Shown here: positions 8,873 through 18,432 of the stretch, one piece after another
How positions within the stretch are numbered: position 1 is the first letter of the stretch
How the letters are laid out: the number at the start of each line of letters is the position of its first letter
Source of the DNA: a virus
Length of the DNA: 64,000 nt
IMG/VR virus record: IMGVR_UViG_3300032257_000479
Coordinates: 96,001 to 160,000 of that record
Strand: one strand, 5' to 3'
Program-made: the position numbers and the translations under genes
The notes under the pieces: model-generated
Seen by the model: the letters and a program-made list of their open reading frames with translations, nothing else
Database searches by the model: none
Told to the model about the DNA's origin: nothing

Positions 8873-10440
8873 TTCTTTACTCCTCCATCAAGGACTTTAC
8901 TTAGGTTAAACTTTTTATTCGCTATCTTTTTTCCGGAAGAAACGTGAGCATACGATGCCCCAGCAATATCTCCGCTAAATGATTGATTATTAGTTCTCAA
9001 TTCTATCTCTTTCGACATTTCTTCATATATGGCCTGAATATCTATGGTTTTACCCATAGCTTTTAGTCCATTTAAATACTCTTCAACAGTTTGTTGCGGT
9101 TGTCCTTCATTATTCTGAGGATCCATCGCTATCTTGTCCATTTTATTGCCCTCAGAAGTCGAACCAGCATAGCTTTCATCTAAGGCTTGTTCATTCCTGT
9201 CTTGAACAAAGCTGTTGCCTTGCTGAACTGTTTGTTGAGACGATCTTGTATCGTTTAGCAAATGTTTGAACATCGCATCCAAAGATGCCTTATCTGTAGC
9301 TCTTCTTCTTATTTCGTTTATAATGGAAGGCGGATGAGCCTCAAGTGTTCCATTATAAGCTTGATTCTGCTCAGGCTGTTGCTGATATATCTCTCCGCTC
9401 ATGGGATCATTTGGTCCTGATATATTTGAAGGAGCCGTTACTGGCTGTTGACCTATACCCTGTCCAGACTGCTGTCCCCAAAAATCTCTTGAGTTTTGAG
9501 CTTTCTCTGCACCCTGCTGTTGCTGCTCATTTGCCCAATTTAGGCCTCTTTGTATAGCATTGCCTTTTTCCCCACCAGTTTCTCTGTTATTTATTTGTCC
9601 CGCGAAATTATTAACTGACGTAACTCCATTTGTTAATTGTTCGAAGGTTGATTGAGGTAAATTAGAATCTATTTGATTAGCAAAATCGTTTAAACCAGCC
9701 TTCTGAGCCATATTTATTAGATTTGCTTTTTCCTCAAAAGCGGTCCCAATCGCTTGAGTTAGCCTATTTATCGAGTTGTTCATTTCAACTTGACTGCCTG
9801 AATCTATAACTGCAGGATTCCATTTTTGCTTCAAAGCCTTACCTGGCTGAGACATGTCTTGCATCCTTCTTTTCCACCATTGAGCTTCTTTTACTAACTC
9901 TTCTCCAACGCTTGCTATTTTAACAGCAGACTGAGGGTCGCTTTCAAACAAAGAAGAGGCTAATGTGAATGTTTGTTCGCTAGCTTCTATTAGCTGATCA
10001 TAAGGACGCATGTTCATTTCGTCAATTGCTGCAAATATAGCATGCCCTCTTTCCATTCCGCTATCGATATGTGATTCAATAGTTTTAGCAAAGGCTATAT
10101 CAAAGTCCGATATTTTATCTTCTTTTGAGCTTGCATACTTATCCCAAGATGCATTTGATTTTCCTTGATTCGTATTGTTTATAGAATCAACATATTCATC
10201 ATGACAAGATTCCCAAACTTTTTGAGCTGGCATTTCTGGGTTGTTTGCCCTTTTTTGTCTATAGCAATTTCCCCAGCATCGAGAGTTTCGTATCCAATAG
10301 CCCTGAGATCCAACATATTGAGCTGTTTTTATATTAACAAGGTTTTTTGCAACTAAATCTAAAGAATCAGCAGTTCCACTGTTTCCTTTTGAGTCCAGCT
10401 TATTTGCTATTTTTGTAATATTTTTAATAATAGAATCCAT
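8869..10440 (-). CDS. Putative head internal protein (KIANKLD, KTAQ, KEAQ motifs; small Cys-containing domain)
   Basis: 523 aa, GAGG SD, Q/N-rich segments. Confidence 0.75.
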   Translation of the reverse strand: MDSIIKNITKIANKLDSKGNSGTADSLDLVAKNLVNIKTAQYVGSQGYWIRNSRCWGNCYRQKRANNPEMPAQKVWESCHDEYVDSINNTNQGKSNASWDKYASSKEDKISDFDIAFAKTIESHIDSGMERGHAIFAAIDEMNMRPYDQLIEASEQTFTLASSLFESDPQSAVKIASVGEELVKEAQWWKRRMQDMSQPGKALKQKWNPAVIDSGSQVEMNNSINRLTQAIGTAFEEKANLINMAQKAGLNDFANQIDSNLPQSTFEQLTNGVTSVNNFAGQINNRETGGEKGNAIQRGLNWANEQQQQGAEKAQNSRDFWGQQSGQGIGQQPVTAPSNISGPNDPMSGEIYQQQPEQNQAYNGTLEAHPPSIINEIRRRATDKASLDAMFKHLLNDTRSSQQTVQQGNSFVQDRNEQALDESYAGSTSEGNKMDKIAMDPQNNEGQPQQTVEEYLNGLKAMGKTIDIQAIYEEMSKEIELRTNNQSFSGDIAGASYAHVSSGKKIANKKFNLSKVLDGGVKK

Positions 10441-10451
10441 TTTTTACCTCG

Positions 10452-11375
10452 TTATATCCTAAATTTAGGTTCAAATTTATCGTCAAGAAGAGCAAACGCC
10501 TTTATGTTTTTCATAATAAAAGCCCTAATACCTCCCACTGTTCGGTCATAAGTTACAAGAATCTCATTACCCGTGCTATCTGCATGAAAGGTTCCATGAG
10601 GCTCAACTTCTCTTGCAACCTGCTTTCCATCCTTTGTTGTATACTCAATTCTCATTGGATTTCCCATAAACCCATTATCTATTTTCGGTTTAGCAAAATC
10701 TTCTATTGCATCAAAAACATTTTCAAATTCAGGGACTCCAATTTGCTCTTCTGCTGGAAATAAGTCTTGCTCCGGAATGATTGGTTCAGGTATATCTGAT
10801 GGCTGATCAACAATCTGTTGAGTCTCTTCTTCGAATTCTTGATCTACTAATGAGTTACCAATATCTTCTGGTCCAATGAGAGGTAGTGCTTCATACTTTG
10901 ATCTAGCGTCTTCTTTCTCAAATTCTTGTGGATCAGAAATATAATCAGTATCCATAAGTTGAGATTTCTTTATTTGTTGATTACCTTTTACTACTGCCGA
11001 TTTTATTTCTTTTTGAAAAACTAAACAAGTATCATTGTTGTCATCGGAAAGCTTTACTTTATCTCCGACTTTTATATTGTTTTCTTCAAAAAAACCAGCA
11101 TTTGCTTCTACTGCATATAAACAATGACCATTGCTTTTTACTGGTTTTTTATTCAAAGGAGATATCATATCTATGTTTTTAATAAGGCCATCAGAATTAA
11201 CAAAAGCTATATCTAGTGGTATTAAGGTATTTTCTCCCCAAAAACTTAATTGACGAGATCTAGAAAAAGTAAAAAGCATACCCTCGTTCTGTGGCATATT
11301 TTTTACAAACATAAGACCGCGAGCCTGCTTTGCAGGAGTGTCAGCTAATTGCACATATAATCTTGGTTCATTCAT
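10452..11375 (-). CDS. DUF192 domain + acidic linker + C-terminal WYL-like domain
   Basis: LADTP..QARGLMF...GMLF.F...FW..NT.IPLDIAF...YAVEANAGFF is DUF192. RIEYT.KDG...REVEP...LVTYDRTVGGIRAF.MKNI is the WYL pattern. Confidence 0.8.
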   Translation of the reverse strand: MNEPRLYVQLADTPAKQARGLMFVKNMPQNEGMLFTFSRSRQLSFWGENTLIPLDIAFVNSDGLIKNIDMISPLNKKPVKSNGHCLYAVEANAGFFEENNIKVGDKVKLSDDNNDTCLVFQKEIKSAVVKGNQQIKKSQLMDTDYISDPQEFEKEDARSKYEALPLIGPEDIGNSLVDQEFEEETQQIVDQPSDIPEPIIPEQDLFPAEEQIGVPEFENVFDAIEDFAKPKIDNGFMGNPMRIEYTTKDGKQVAREVEPHGTFHADSTGNEILVTYDRTVGGIRAFIMKNIKAFALLDDKFEPKFRI

Positions 11376-11586
11376 TTTCTATTATCTTTAATTTCTCATA
11401 ATAATTATTGTCTTCTGATAAATGATCCATAGCTATCTCTCTCGCTATTTTCTCATCGTTAGTGTGTTCTAACTCTATCTTTATCCCTGCTTTTAACTTT
11501 TCTTTATCAAAATCAGATGGACTTAACTCATCAGCAATTCCGCCGTTCATTCTATCTTTATAATTTTGAGATTGTATTATTTTCAT
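11368..11586 (-). CDS. DUF5661-like small phage protein
   Basis: LKAGIKIELEHT.D..IAREIAMDHL.E...YY.KL pattern. Confidence 0.7.
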   Translation of the reverse strand: MKIIQSQNYKDRMNGGIADELSPSDFDKEKLKAGIKIELEHTNDEKIAREIAMDHLSEDNNYYEKLKIIENE

Positions 11587-11957
11587 TGCTTGTTGTATTT
11601 AAAACCTTTTCTATCTAAAGCATACTCAAAATAATCTGTATTATGCTTATCTACATTAACCGCTACGCCCCTGTTGCTGCTTTCTTCTAGGTTTATTTGA
11701 GCGCCATATCTTGATCCATAATTCTTAAGCCACTCTTCTATCTCTTTTGTATTTGACATTAACTCGTATTTTACCGTGTAAATATCTTCAACTTTAGGAA
11801 CTAACTTGTTTTTCCTTATATCAAAAAATGGAACTATTTTTCCACCCTCAAACTCCAGCATTTTATTATTGTCTGAATCATACCATAAAAGCTTATTATT
11901 CACCTTCTCTTTGATAGGTGTTTGCTTTTTTGATATATCAATAATATAGGTTGTCAC
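11583..11957 (-). CDS. Hypothetical protein
   Basis: 124 aa, GTG start overlapping the upstream stop. Confidence 0.75.
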   Translation of the reverse strand: MTTYIIDISKKQTPIKEKVNNKLLWYDSDNNKMLEFEGGKIVPFFDIRKNKLVPKVEDIYTVKYELMSNTKEIEEWLKNYGSRYGAQINLEESSNRGVAVNVDKHNTDYFEYALDRKGFKYNKQ

Positions 11958-12391
11958 TACGAGTCTCTTTGTCTTGTATACCAGTTTTTGCTTACTTTAA
12001 TGTTTTTTTGAGCTGTCTTTATTGAGCTTTTAGAAGATAAGGCAGAGGATGACGCAGACTTTTCAAAAGAAGATTTTTCTGTATTAAGAATTATCTCTTT
12101 TATAGCGTTTGCTCCTTTTGTTGTAACTTTCAAGTATTTCCCTTGAACCTCAACAAAACCTGAAGATTCCATCTTAGAAACTTCAGCTTGACTTAATTTT
12201 GGTGGTCTGCTAAATTTTCTATCTGATATTTTATTCTCCATATCAGACCACATACTATACAGCGTTTGAGCCGTTGGGTTATTTGATGAGCTAGGATTAA
12301 TCATTATCCTCATGTCACCAAGTTCTGGCATTGCGTCCATTAAAAAGTCTAATAACGATGTTTGTGCTTGCTTATTCATTATGAGTTCCAA
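11957..12391 (-). CDS. Hypothetical protein, possible winged-helix segment; KQAQ, KTAQ and terminal NWY motifs
   Basis: MESSGFVEVQGKYLKVTTKG resembles a wHTH wing. Real start may be MNKQAQ at 12379. Confidence 0.7.
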   Translation of the reverse strand: MELIMNKQAQTSLLDFLMDAMPELGDMRIMINPSSSNNPTAQTLYSMWSDMENKISDRKFSRPPKLSQAEVSKMESSGFVEVQGKYLKVTTKGANAIKEIILNTEKSSFEKSASSSALSSKSSIKTAQKNIKVSKNWYTRQRDS

Positions 12392-13110
12392 AGTAAGTCC
12401 CTGTGTGGGTATGGGTTTCCATCTTTATCATCGAATAGATATGGTTCATTTCTTATTTCTCTCCAGTAATAACCTTCATTTGGAGAATTGTCTTTAACAT
12501 TATCTAAACCCATTCTATAGCGACTTTGATCCATTTTATCCGATTGTCTACCTGATGTCTCTTCCGCCACATCACCCCATTCAAAAACTCTTTCTTCCAT
12601 AGGTAGATCAAGTCTTCCCCATGGACCTCCAAATCCTTTTGCGAACGTTCTTCTTTTTCGCTTGGAATGTTCTATGTATTTTTTCATGGTTGACATTATG
12701 TACATGTCTTTTCTTATTAAATGAATCAACCACTGCAAACCAAGATTAAAATCAACTATTTTTAACATAAACTTAGAAGAAAATTTTCCGCTATCAGAGT
12801 TCACGATGTTCTTTATTGCCTTCATTATAGGTAAAGGACATTTTGCATCAAGAGAAATGTCATAAAGACTTAAAACGGCATGCGAGAAAACTCTTTTCAC
12901 TTGTCTATCCGAGTCTCCTGCTACAGGATTTTGAAGATCAACCAAAAGGTCTTTGTATATTTTTTTGACCAATTTGTCATTTTTCTTTATTCTGCCATCC
13001 AGTAAATTGAACACTTCACTAAAAGAAGACCTCTCATTATGATAAATAAGCATTCCGTTTTCAAACGAAACGCCATTCATGGCCAATTCTTTTATAAGAA
13101 GATTAATCAA
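12379..13110 (-). CDS. Hypothetical head-cluster protein
   Basis: 243 aa, TTG start overlapping the TGA of 13107..13274. Confidence 0.75.
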   Translation of the reverse strand: MINLLIKELAMNGVSFENGMLIYHNERSSFSEVFNLLDGRIKKNDKLVKKIYKDLLVDLQNPVAGDSDRQVKRVFSHAVLSLYDISLDAKCPLPIMKAIKNIVNSDSGKFSSKFMLKIVDFNLGLQWLIHLIRKDMYIMSTMKKYIEHSKRKRRTFAKGFGGPWGRLDLPMEERVFEWGDVAEETSGRQSDKMDQSRYRMGLDNVKDNSPNEGYYWREIRNEPYLFDDKDGNPYPHRDLLWNS

Positions 13111-13274
13111 TTCTTCTTCCTCTTCTTTTTATCTTTCTTTGGTTTTTCATTTGGATCATAAACAAGAGCTGCCGCAAAATCTCCGCCCTCAAGAAGGGAC
13201 CAATAGTTCGTCATCAAAGATTTATCTTTATCACTTAAACGAGACTCAACAGACTTGGATATTATACATTTCAT
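13107..13274 (-). CDS. Small 55-aa basic protein (below the ORF-track cutoff), similar to the C-terminal helix of 8129..8872
   Basis: MKCIISKSVESRLSDKDKSLMTNYWSLLEGGDFAAALVYDPNEKPKKDKKKRKKN. Fills the gap between 13281 and 13110 exactly. Confidence 0.75.
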   Translation of the reverse strand: MKCIISKSVESRLSDKDKSLMTNYWSLLEGGDFAAALVYDPNEKPKKDKKKRKKN

Positions 13275-13280
13275 GAATTA

Positions 13281-14162
13281 TCATTCAACCTCTATATTGT
13301 TATCAAAAACATCATTTATAATAATACCATTTTTTGCTGCTCGCTCCTTTGTTTGCTCGTTATCAACAAAACTTAGGTCTTCGCTTTTATCTGTTCCATC
13401 AATAAAAATGCTATCACTAGATTTTACAGCTTTCGGAGCGGAACCCTTTCTTACTGTAGATCCCTCTCCGGTTGGATCGTGGGCATACATGCCATCAGGG
13501 ACATCTGTGCTTGTTCCTTTTGGGATACTATGAGTTTTTTGCAAAGACCCCATATCACTTTCTTCTGGAGAAGAACCAACAGAAACGCTAATCTCTTCAG
13601 ACAATGCATCGCCATCTGATCTACCTATTTTCTTTATTTTTTTTGAAGACTTTTTTTTTGATATTCTTTTAGTTGAAGATTTTTTCTTAGCTGTTTTCTT
13701 TTTTGATACTCTTTTAGTTGAAGGCTTCTTCTTGGAAACTCTCTTTGTTTTCGGTTTCTCTGTTTCGACTATTTCAAAATCTTTTAGCTCCTCTACATCA
13801 ACCACCTCTATTGTAGACTCTTCGTCCTTAACCTCTTCTATATATCCAAGATCTAAAGCATTGTCTATTTCTGCTCCAAACAAATCATCTGAAACAAAAA
13901 AGGTTCCTCCTGAAGGTATGCTTCTTTTTATGCACTTAAATGAAAGAGAGTTTTTGTAATTGTTGATGTATTTTGAGCCAGTCGCCCTTATAGCTTCCGC
14001 TCCATCAACTGCTTCAAGATATCCTGCCTGAATTGCAGCTTGAGTTGCTGAATCCTCAAACTGCTCCAATGTTAACATTACTTTTGAACCTGATCTTATT
14101 GTTTTGTTTATTGCCCTAATAAACAGTTCACCTTTTGCTTTTTTTGTAACTTGAACTTTCAT
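13281..14162 (-). CDS. Protein with a histone-H1-like lysine-rich repeat
   Basis: TKR(V/I)SKKK three times plus KKKSS tracts between acidic regions. Confidence 0.75.
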   Translation of the reverse strand: MKVQVTKKAKGELFIRAINKTIRSGSKVMLTLEQFEDSATQAAIQAGYLEAVDGAEAIRATGSKYINNYKNSLSFKCIKRSIPSGGTFFVSDDLFGAEIDNALDLGYIEEVKDEESTIEVVDVEELKDFEIVETEKPKTKRVSKKKPSTKRVSKKKTAKKKSSTKRISKKKSSKKIKKIGRSDGDALSEEISVSVGSSPEESDMGSLQKTHSIPKGTSTDVPDGMYAHDPTGEGSTVRKGSAPKAVKSSDSIFIDGTDKSEDLSFVDNEQTKERAAKNGIIINDVFDNNIEVE

Positions 14163-14173
14163 CTATTCCCTTT

Positions 14174-14734
14174 CTATTGATTGTTTCTTATCCTATCGAA
14201 AATTCCTTTTCGAGTAGAATTATTGAACGGCTTATTCCTCTGAGTCATGTCCCCAGTCCCTGTTGGTCTATCCATGTTATTATCGTCCATCATGCGGCCA
14301 ACCGTTTCATGAATACCCATAGGACTGTCTCCTCCAGGCTCTTGATCGTCCATTAAAGCTTGTCCAAAGTCTGTATTTAAACCAGTTCCATATTCTGTTT
14401 CGCTATTATCTTTTCCCTTTTCTCTAAATGGATCATCTGGATCATGACCTGTGGGAGTCTTATTTCTTCTAGTGTTAGCATCTTCATCATTTGTTGCGGA
14501 TGGAATATCCGGAGCCTCTGCTGTCCACGATCTTCCGAATTCAGGTGCTGCTATATCAGGAGCTTGCCCAGGCATGCCTTGGCTACCAGGCGTAACGAGA
14601 TTATATCCCTCTCCATCTCCTGGATGTCTTGTTCTGTCATACGGATCTCCACGCATAACTTGCGGCTGAAAAGCCGTAGGAGCTTCCTCTCCCCTTTTTG
14701 CTTCTTTGTATAGTTTCAAATTAAAAGAACCCAT
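14174..14734 (-). CDS. Disordered D/G/P-rich head-cluster protein
   Basis: N-terminus MGSFNLKLYKEAK, GAGG SD. Confidence 0.75.
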   Translation of the reverse strand: MGSFNLKLYKEAKRGEEAPTAFQPQVMRGDPYDRTRHPGDGEGYNLVTPGSQGMPGQAPDIAAPEFGRSWTAEAPDIPSATNDEDANTRRNKTPTGHDPDDPFREKGKDNSETEYGTGLNTDFGQALMDDQEPGGDSPMGIHETVGRMMDDNNMDRPTGTGDMTQRNKPFNNSTRKGIFDRIRNNQ

Positions 14735-14743
14735 AAGTAAACC

Positions 14744-15460
14744 TCACTCAGAAGATAGTAATTCAGTTTTTGCTATCGTTAACTCATCGATTTTTTTGTT
14801 TTCTTCGCTTGTTAATTCTCTATTAGATGAAGATGCTTTATAAAACAATTGGAATATCTGCTCATCTATTTTTTGCAAAGATGAGGCCATAACCATTTTT
14901 TCATCATTCTTTACAGCAGAATCACTGTGTGATGGATCGATTCCGTCTGCCGTTTCTCTTTCTTTTGTTGACTTAAATCTATCCGGGTGATTCTGCAGTT
15001 GACTTCCATTTGCTGGAACCTGAGAAACAATTGTCGTTTTCTCACCTGAAAGCTGAACACCAATTTCTTTATCCCAAAATTCAGTGCTTTGAGCATCATC
15101 TGCGTCTGCAAATTTTGCATAATATGACTGATCATAAGATTCTGCTAACAGATCATTTGGCTTGATATGAGGTCTAGGCTCATCATTTTGTCTGTGAGGA
15201 TAATATGATTTTCTGTTATCAATTTGATTTTCAGAAACTTTTTCAGGAGAACCTGATCTAGCTTCATCCATTCTATTTTCATGTGTAGTTATATTTTTTT
15301 CATCTTTTCTGTTTTCAGATAGCTTTCCTTGAATGGTCTCAACCTTTGCTGTAGAATCCACAGTATGGCCTCTGTCATCATTTTGAGATGACAGTCTCTT
15401 TGGGTAAGACTTTGATATCTCGTCTTTCTTTGCTTGTTTTCTTAAGTTAAACTTAGCCAT
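14744..15460 (-). CDS. Hypothetical head-cluster protein
   Basis: N-terminus MAKFNLRKQAK, AGGAG SD, directly downstream of terL. Confidence 0.8.
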   Translation of the reverse strand: MAKFNLRKQAKKDEISKSYPKRLSSQNDDRGHTVDSTAKVETIQGKLSENRKDEKNITTHENRMDEARSGSPEKVSENQIDNRKSYYPHRQNDEPRPHIKPNDLLAESYDQSYYAKFADADDAQSTEFWDKEIGVQLSGEKTTIVSQVPANGSQLQNHPDRFKSTKERETADGIDPSHSDSAVKNDEKMVMASSLQKIDEQIFQLFYKASSSNRELTSEENKKIDELTIAKTELLSSE

Positions 15461-15502
15461 TTATGTCTCCTTGTCGAGAGCGTCCTCTCTTGTTTTTTTG
15501 TT

Positions 15503-17398
15503 TTAATTAGACCTATTTTTCATTTGGTCAGCAACCTTTTGTCCCGAACCATAACCGTATGGCGTTCCTTGCATAGATCTCCAAACCTGATTACCACTAT
15601 TTGGTGATACTGGCATATTGACCATTTTTCCTTGAGGGAGTTTGCTTATAGTTCTATCTATTGCATTAAAGCATGCTCCTGCAACTGCATCGCATATATC
15701 GTCTGAATTCACATCCGCATCAACCTTCGGCAATACCTTATACCCATTTTCTGTCCATTTTCTTTGCAAATTCTTCATTTCATGGTATAATAATTTATGT
15801 TCCGGTATTAATATTTTTTGATTTATAACTAATTGATAAAAATTATCATATATCTGTTGCTTATAGCTTCTTGAGAATGGAGTCTCTTTCGCTGGAACCC
15901 CATTTTTTCTCAAATTGTTAACACTAGCCTTACTATTCCATTGATCATATGTAACTAATCCAAAATGGAATCTCTTATGCATCTCTATCATATAGTTATC
16001 AATTTCTTGCACATTGATTGGATTATCACCAGTTGGTGTCCAATAATGAATATGATCCATTATTATTCTAAAATCTCTTTTTCCAGTCCCGCTATTAACA
16101 AACATCTCTTGATGACATATCGCTAAAGCATAATTGTGACTAGATGTAGCAGGGTCCAAGTGAGCAAAGTATGTAACGCCTGGAAGCCCATGCATCACTT
16201 TTTTTACTCTCTTTGATCTAAAGCATTTTTCAACATCATCTGCTGAAAAGAACGATTCGCCTGCAGTTCCTGAGAACTCCGCTCCAAACTCCATCGCAAA
16301 CTTAGTGTCGCTCATGTTGGAATATTTTTCAAGAAGCATACTTTCAGTAACTCTCGGGTTAACGACCCAAGTTGGAGCTTTCATCATAAAAGCTGTGCTA
16401 TTATCAGGAGCTTGGATGTAAAGGTCAAACAATATGCCCTCTTTGCCACGGGGTGTTGAAATACATATAACCTTACCGTCAATTATTCGTTTTATGACTT
16501 TTTCTCCGTCACTATCAAGTTCAGGTTCACCCTGATCATCAAGAACTTCTACTTGTCTAATGTAAGTCATCGTAGCAGGAACAAGGTTGTGATAGAGTTG
16601 ATCGCCAGAAGAAGATCCCGCTGACTGCTTATATGTTCCGATTTCATCAAACAAAACAGCAAAACAAGAAAGACCAACAAGTGAGTTCGAGTTTGAGTGA
16701 CCGGCAAAAATCTCAACAGAACCATGATTCTGTGTTAAACCTTTTTCTTTTAATATTTCGTTATTCTTTTTGTCTTCTGGTGTTCGCAAAAATATCTTAT
16801 TATCTGTTGAATGGCCTATTTTGTCCGAAAAATATGGAGACTTATTTGCTTTATCCTTTATCTCTCTAAACAAAATTTTCGCCTGACCAGAAGAGTTAGC
16901 TATAGTAAGTATAGTTATAGGAGAAGCGGAACCAATTTTATATGTTGCATAAGGGTCTCCTCCTGGAGTTTCAAGAAGCCTCATAGCTTCATATAATGCC
17001 ATAATGGAAACGATAAAGTCTTTACCTGATCTTCGTCCCCAAATAAGAACAAGCTCGCTGAAAATTTCTTTATTCTCATACTTTTTGAGCATTCCGCCAT
17101 TATCATCTTCATCTAGCCCAAAATCTTTTATTAACTGTATCTCTTTTTCGTCTAATTCTAAATCCTCATTTCCTGGACTGCCTCTGTAAAAACATTTCAG
17201 CAATATCTTCTGCATAGGAAAAAGAGTTATTGGTTGGGGATAGTATTTCATCCCTAACCATTTTTCATCTTCAATAAACTCAATGATACTAGGAAGGTTG
17301 TCGCTAAAACTTTTACTTATATTATCAGCTTTAACTTCATCTTTTAGATTACGAAGTAGTTCAGATAATTCTCCAGATTTTATCTTTTTCTTTGCCAT
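15503..17398 (-). CDS. terL: Terminase large subunit
   Basis: Q motif (LFPMQK), Walker A GRRSGK, Walker B VLFDE, motif III ISTP.G, nuclease HLDPA...YDQWN...DDICDAVAG. Confidence 0.93.
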   Translation of the reverse strand: MAKKKIKSGELSELLRNLKDEVKADNISKSFSDNLPSIIEFIEDEKWLGMKYYPQPITLFPMQKILLKCFYRGSPGNEDLELDEKEIQLIKDFGLDEDDNGGMLKKYENKEIFSELVLIWGRRSGKDFIVSIMALYEAMRLLETPGGDPYATYKIGSASPITILTIANSSGQAKILFREIKDKANKSPYFSDKIGHSTDNKIFLRTPEDKKNNEILKEKGLTQNHGSVEIFAGHSNSNSLVGLSCFAVLFDEIGTYKQSAGSSSGDQLYHNLVPATMTYIRQVEVLDDQGEPELDSDGEKVIKRIIDGKVICISTPRGKEGILFDLYIQAPDNSTAFMMKAPTWVVNPRVTESMLLEKYSNMSDTKFAMEFGAEFSGTAGESFFSADDVEKCFRSKRVKKVMHGLPGVTYFAHLDPATSSHNYALAICHQEMFVNSGTGKRDFRIIMDHIHYWTPTGDNPINVQEIDNYMIEMHKRFHFGLVTYDQWNSKASVNNLRKNGVPAKETPFSRSYKQQIYDNFYQLVINQKILIPEHKLLYHEMKNLQRKWTENGYKVLPKVDADVNSDDICDAVAGACFNAIDRTISKLPQGKMVNMPVSPNSGNQVWRSMQGTPYGYGSGQKVADQMKNRSN

Positions 17399-17979
17399 TA
17401 AATCGCACTTAAGTTCTGAGCAACAACTTCCCCAAACCAGTATGGAGATGATCCATCATCTACATAAGTTATTTTAAATATATCTGTTGCATTGAGGGTT
17501 TGCGTAACAGTTGGTCCTGTTCCGCCAGCCCAAAGAGAACCTGTTGGCCACGTTATATCTGCCGTTCCGCCAGCTTCAGTTTGTTTTACTATCAATAAGA
17601 CTTCCTTAAAACGACCGTCCGTTGAATCAACTCCCGGTGGCTCATTTTGAATATCTAAAGTTGTTATATTGGTATCTAGGTTTATCTGAAAAGTCTCAGC
17701 AAGAGTTAGATCGATTGAAAGCGTCCCCACTGGACTCTCGATAACGCTTACGCTGCCAAGATTGGAATGAAGACTCCTGGAGTCTCTAAGAAGAGGTCTT
17801 CTCAGTACTCCATCATTCATATCCGCTTGAACCTGAGTTGTTGAAACATATATAGTTGTTCCTGTCCCATCTCCGCCAGTCACTCTTCTCAAAGTAGAAT
17901 CCAACCCAACTCCGGCATTAATTAGGCGGAATAGGTCTTTAAAAGTATCTGCAGGCGTTGTCCCTTGTAAATCTGTCAT
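17398..17979 (-). CDS. Virion structural protein with a tail-fibre-type C-terminal beta domain
   Basis: SIDL...F.INL...LLIVKQ..GG...ITWP....WAGG..PT.T......DIF pattern typical of phage fibre modules. Confidence 0.6.
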   Translation of the reverse strand: MTDLQGTTPADTFKDLFRLINAGVGLDSTLRRVTGGDGTGTTIYVSTTQVQADMNDGVLRRPLLRDSRSLHSNLGSVSVIESPVGTLSIDLTLAETFQINLDTNITTLDIQNEPPGVDSTDGRFKEVLLIVKQTEAGGTADITWPTGSLWAGGTGPTVTQTLNATDIFKITYVDDGSSPYWFGEVVAQNLSAI

Positions 17980-18432
17980 TTAAAAATTACTCCATCCAAG
18001 CTTATCCCAAGCAATGTTTATATCTTCCCAATTATCGTCAATATCCTGCCATTGAGCAGCCTTTGTTCCGGAAAGCGTAACTGTATATCCTAGAAACCTT
18101 GATATTGAAGCAAACGTTGGGTCCACCTCTAAATATTGGTCAACGAGAAATTCATCTATTGTGTCGTATCCATAATTAGTTAAAACATGCTGATTCAGTG
18201 CATTTACAGCCTTTATCATTGGCTGATTCAAATTAGCGTGTTTATTTGCAACAAGAGAATATGTTGAAACAATGCTGTTAAAAAACACGTTTCTATATCT
18301 TTCTGATGACGCAATGTCCATACTTTGCAGGTTTGTTATCATGCAGTTAAAAGGCTCTAGGGCATCTGACCCCAATCTTTGGGACTCTCCTAGTATGTCC
18401 GAAATAACCTTATAGCTAACTGTTCCTATCAT
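17980..18432 (-). CDS. Hypothetical protein with a C-terminal Trp heptad (W-x6-W-x6-W)
   Basis: 150 aa, coupled to both neighbours. Confidence 0.7.
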   Translation of the reverse strand: MIGTVSYKVISDILGESQRLGSDALEPFNCMITNLQSMDIASSERYRNVFFNSIVSTYSLVANKHANLNQPMIKAVNALNQHVLTNYGYDTIDEFLVDQYLEVDPTFASISRFLGYTVTLSGTKAAQWQDIDDNWEDINIAWDKLGWSNF

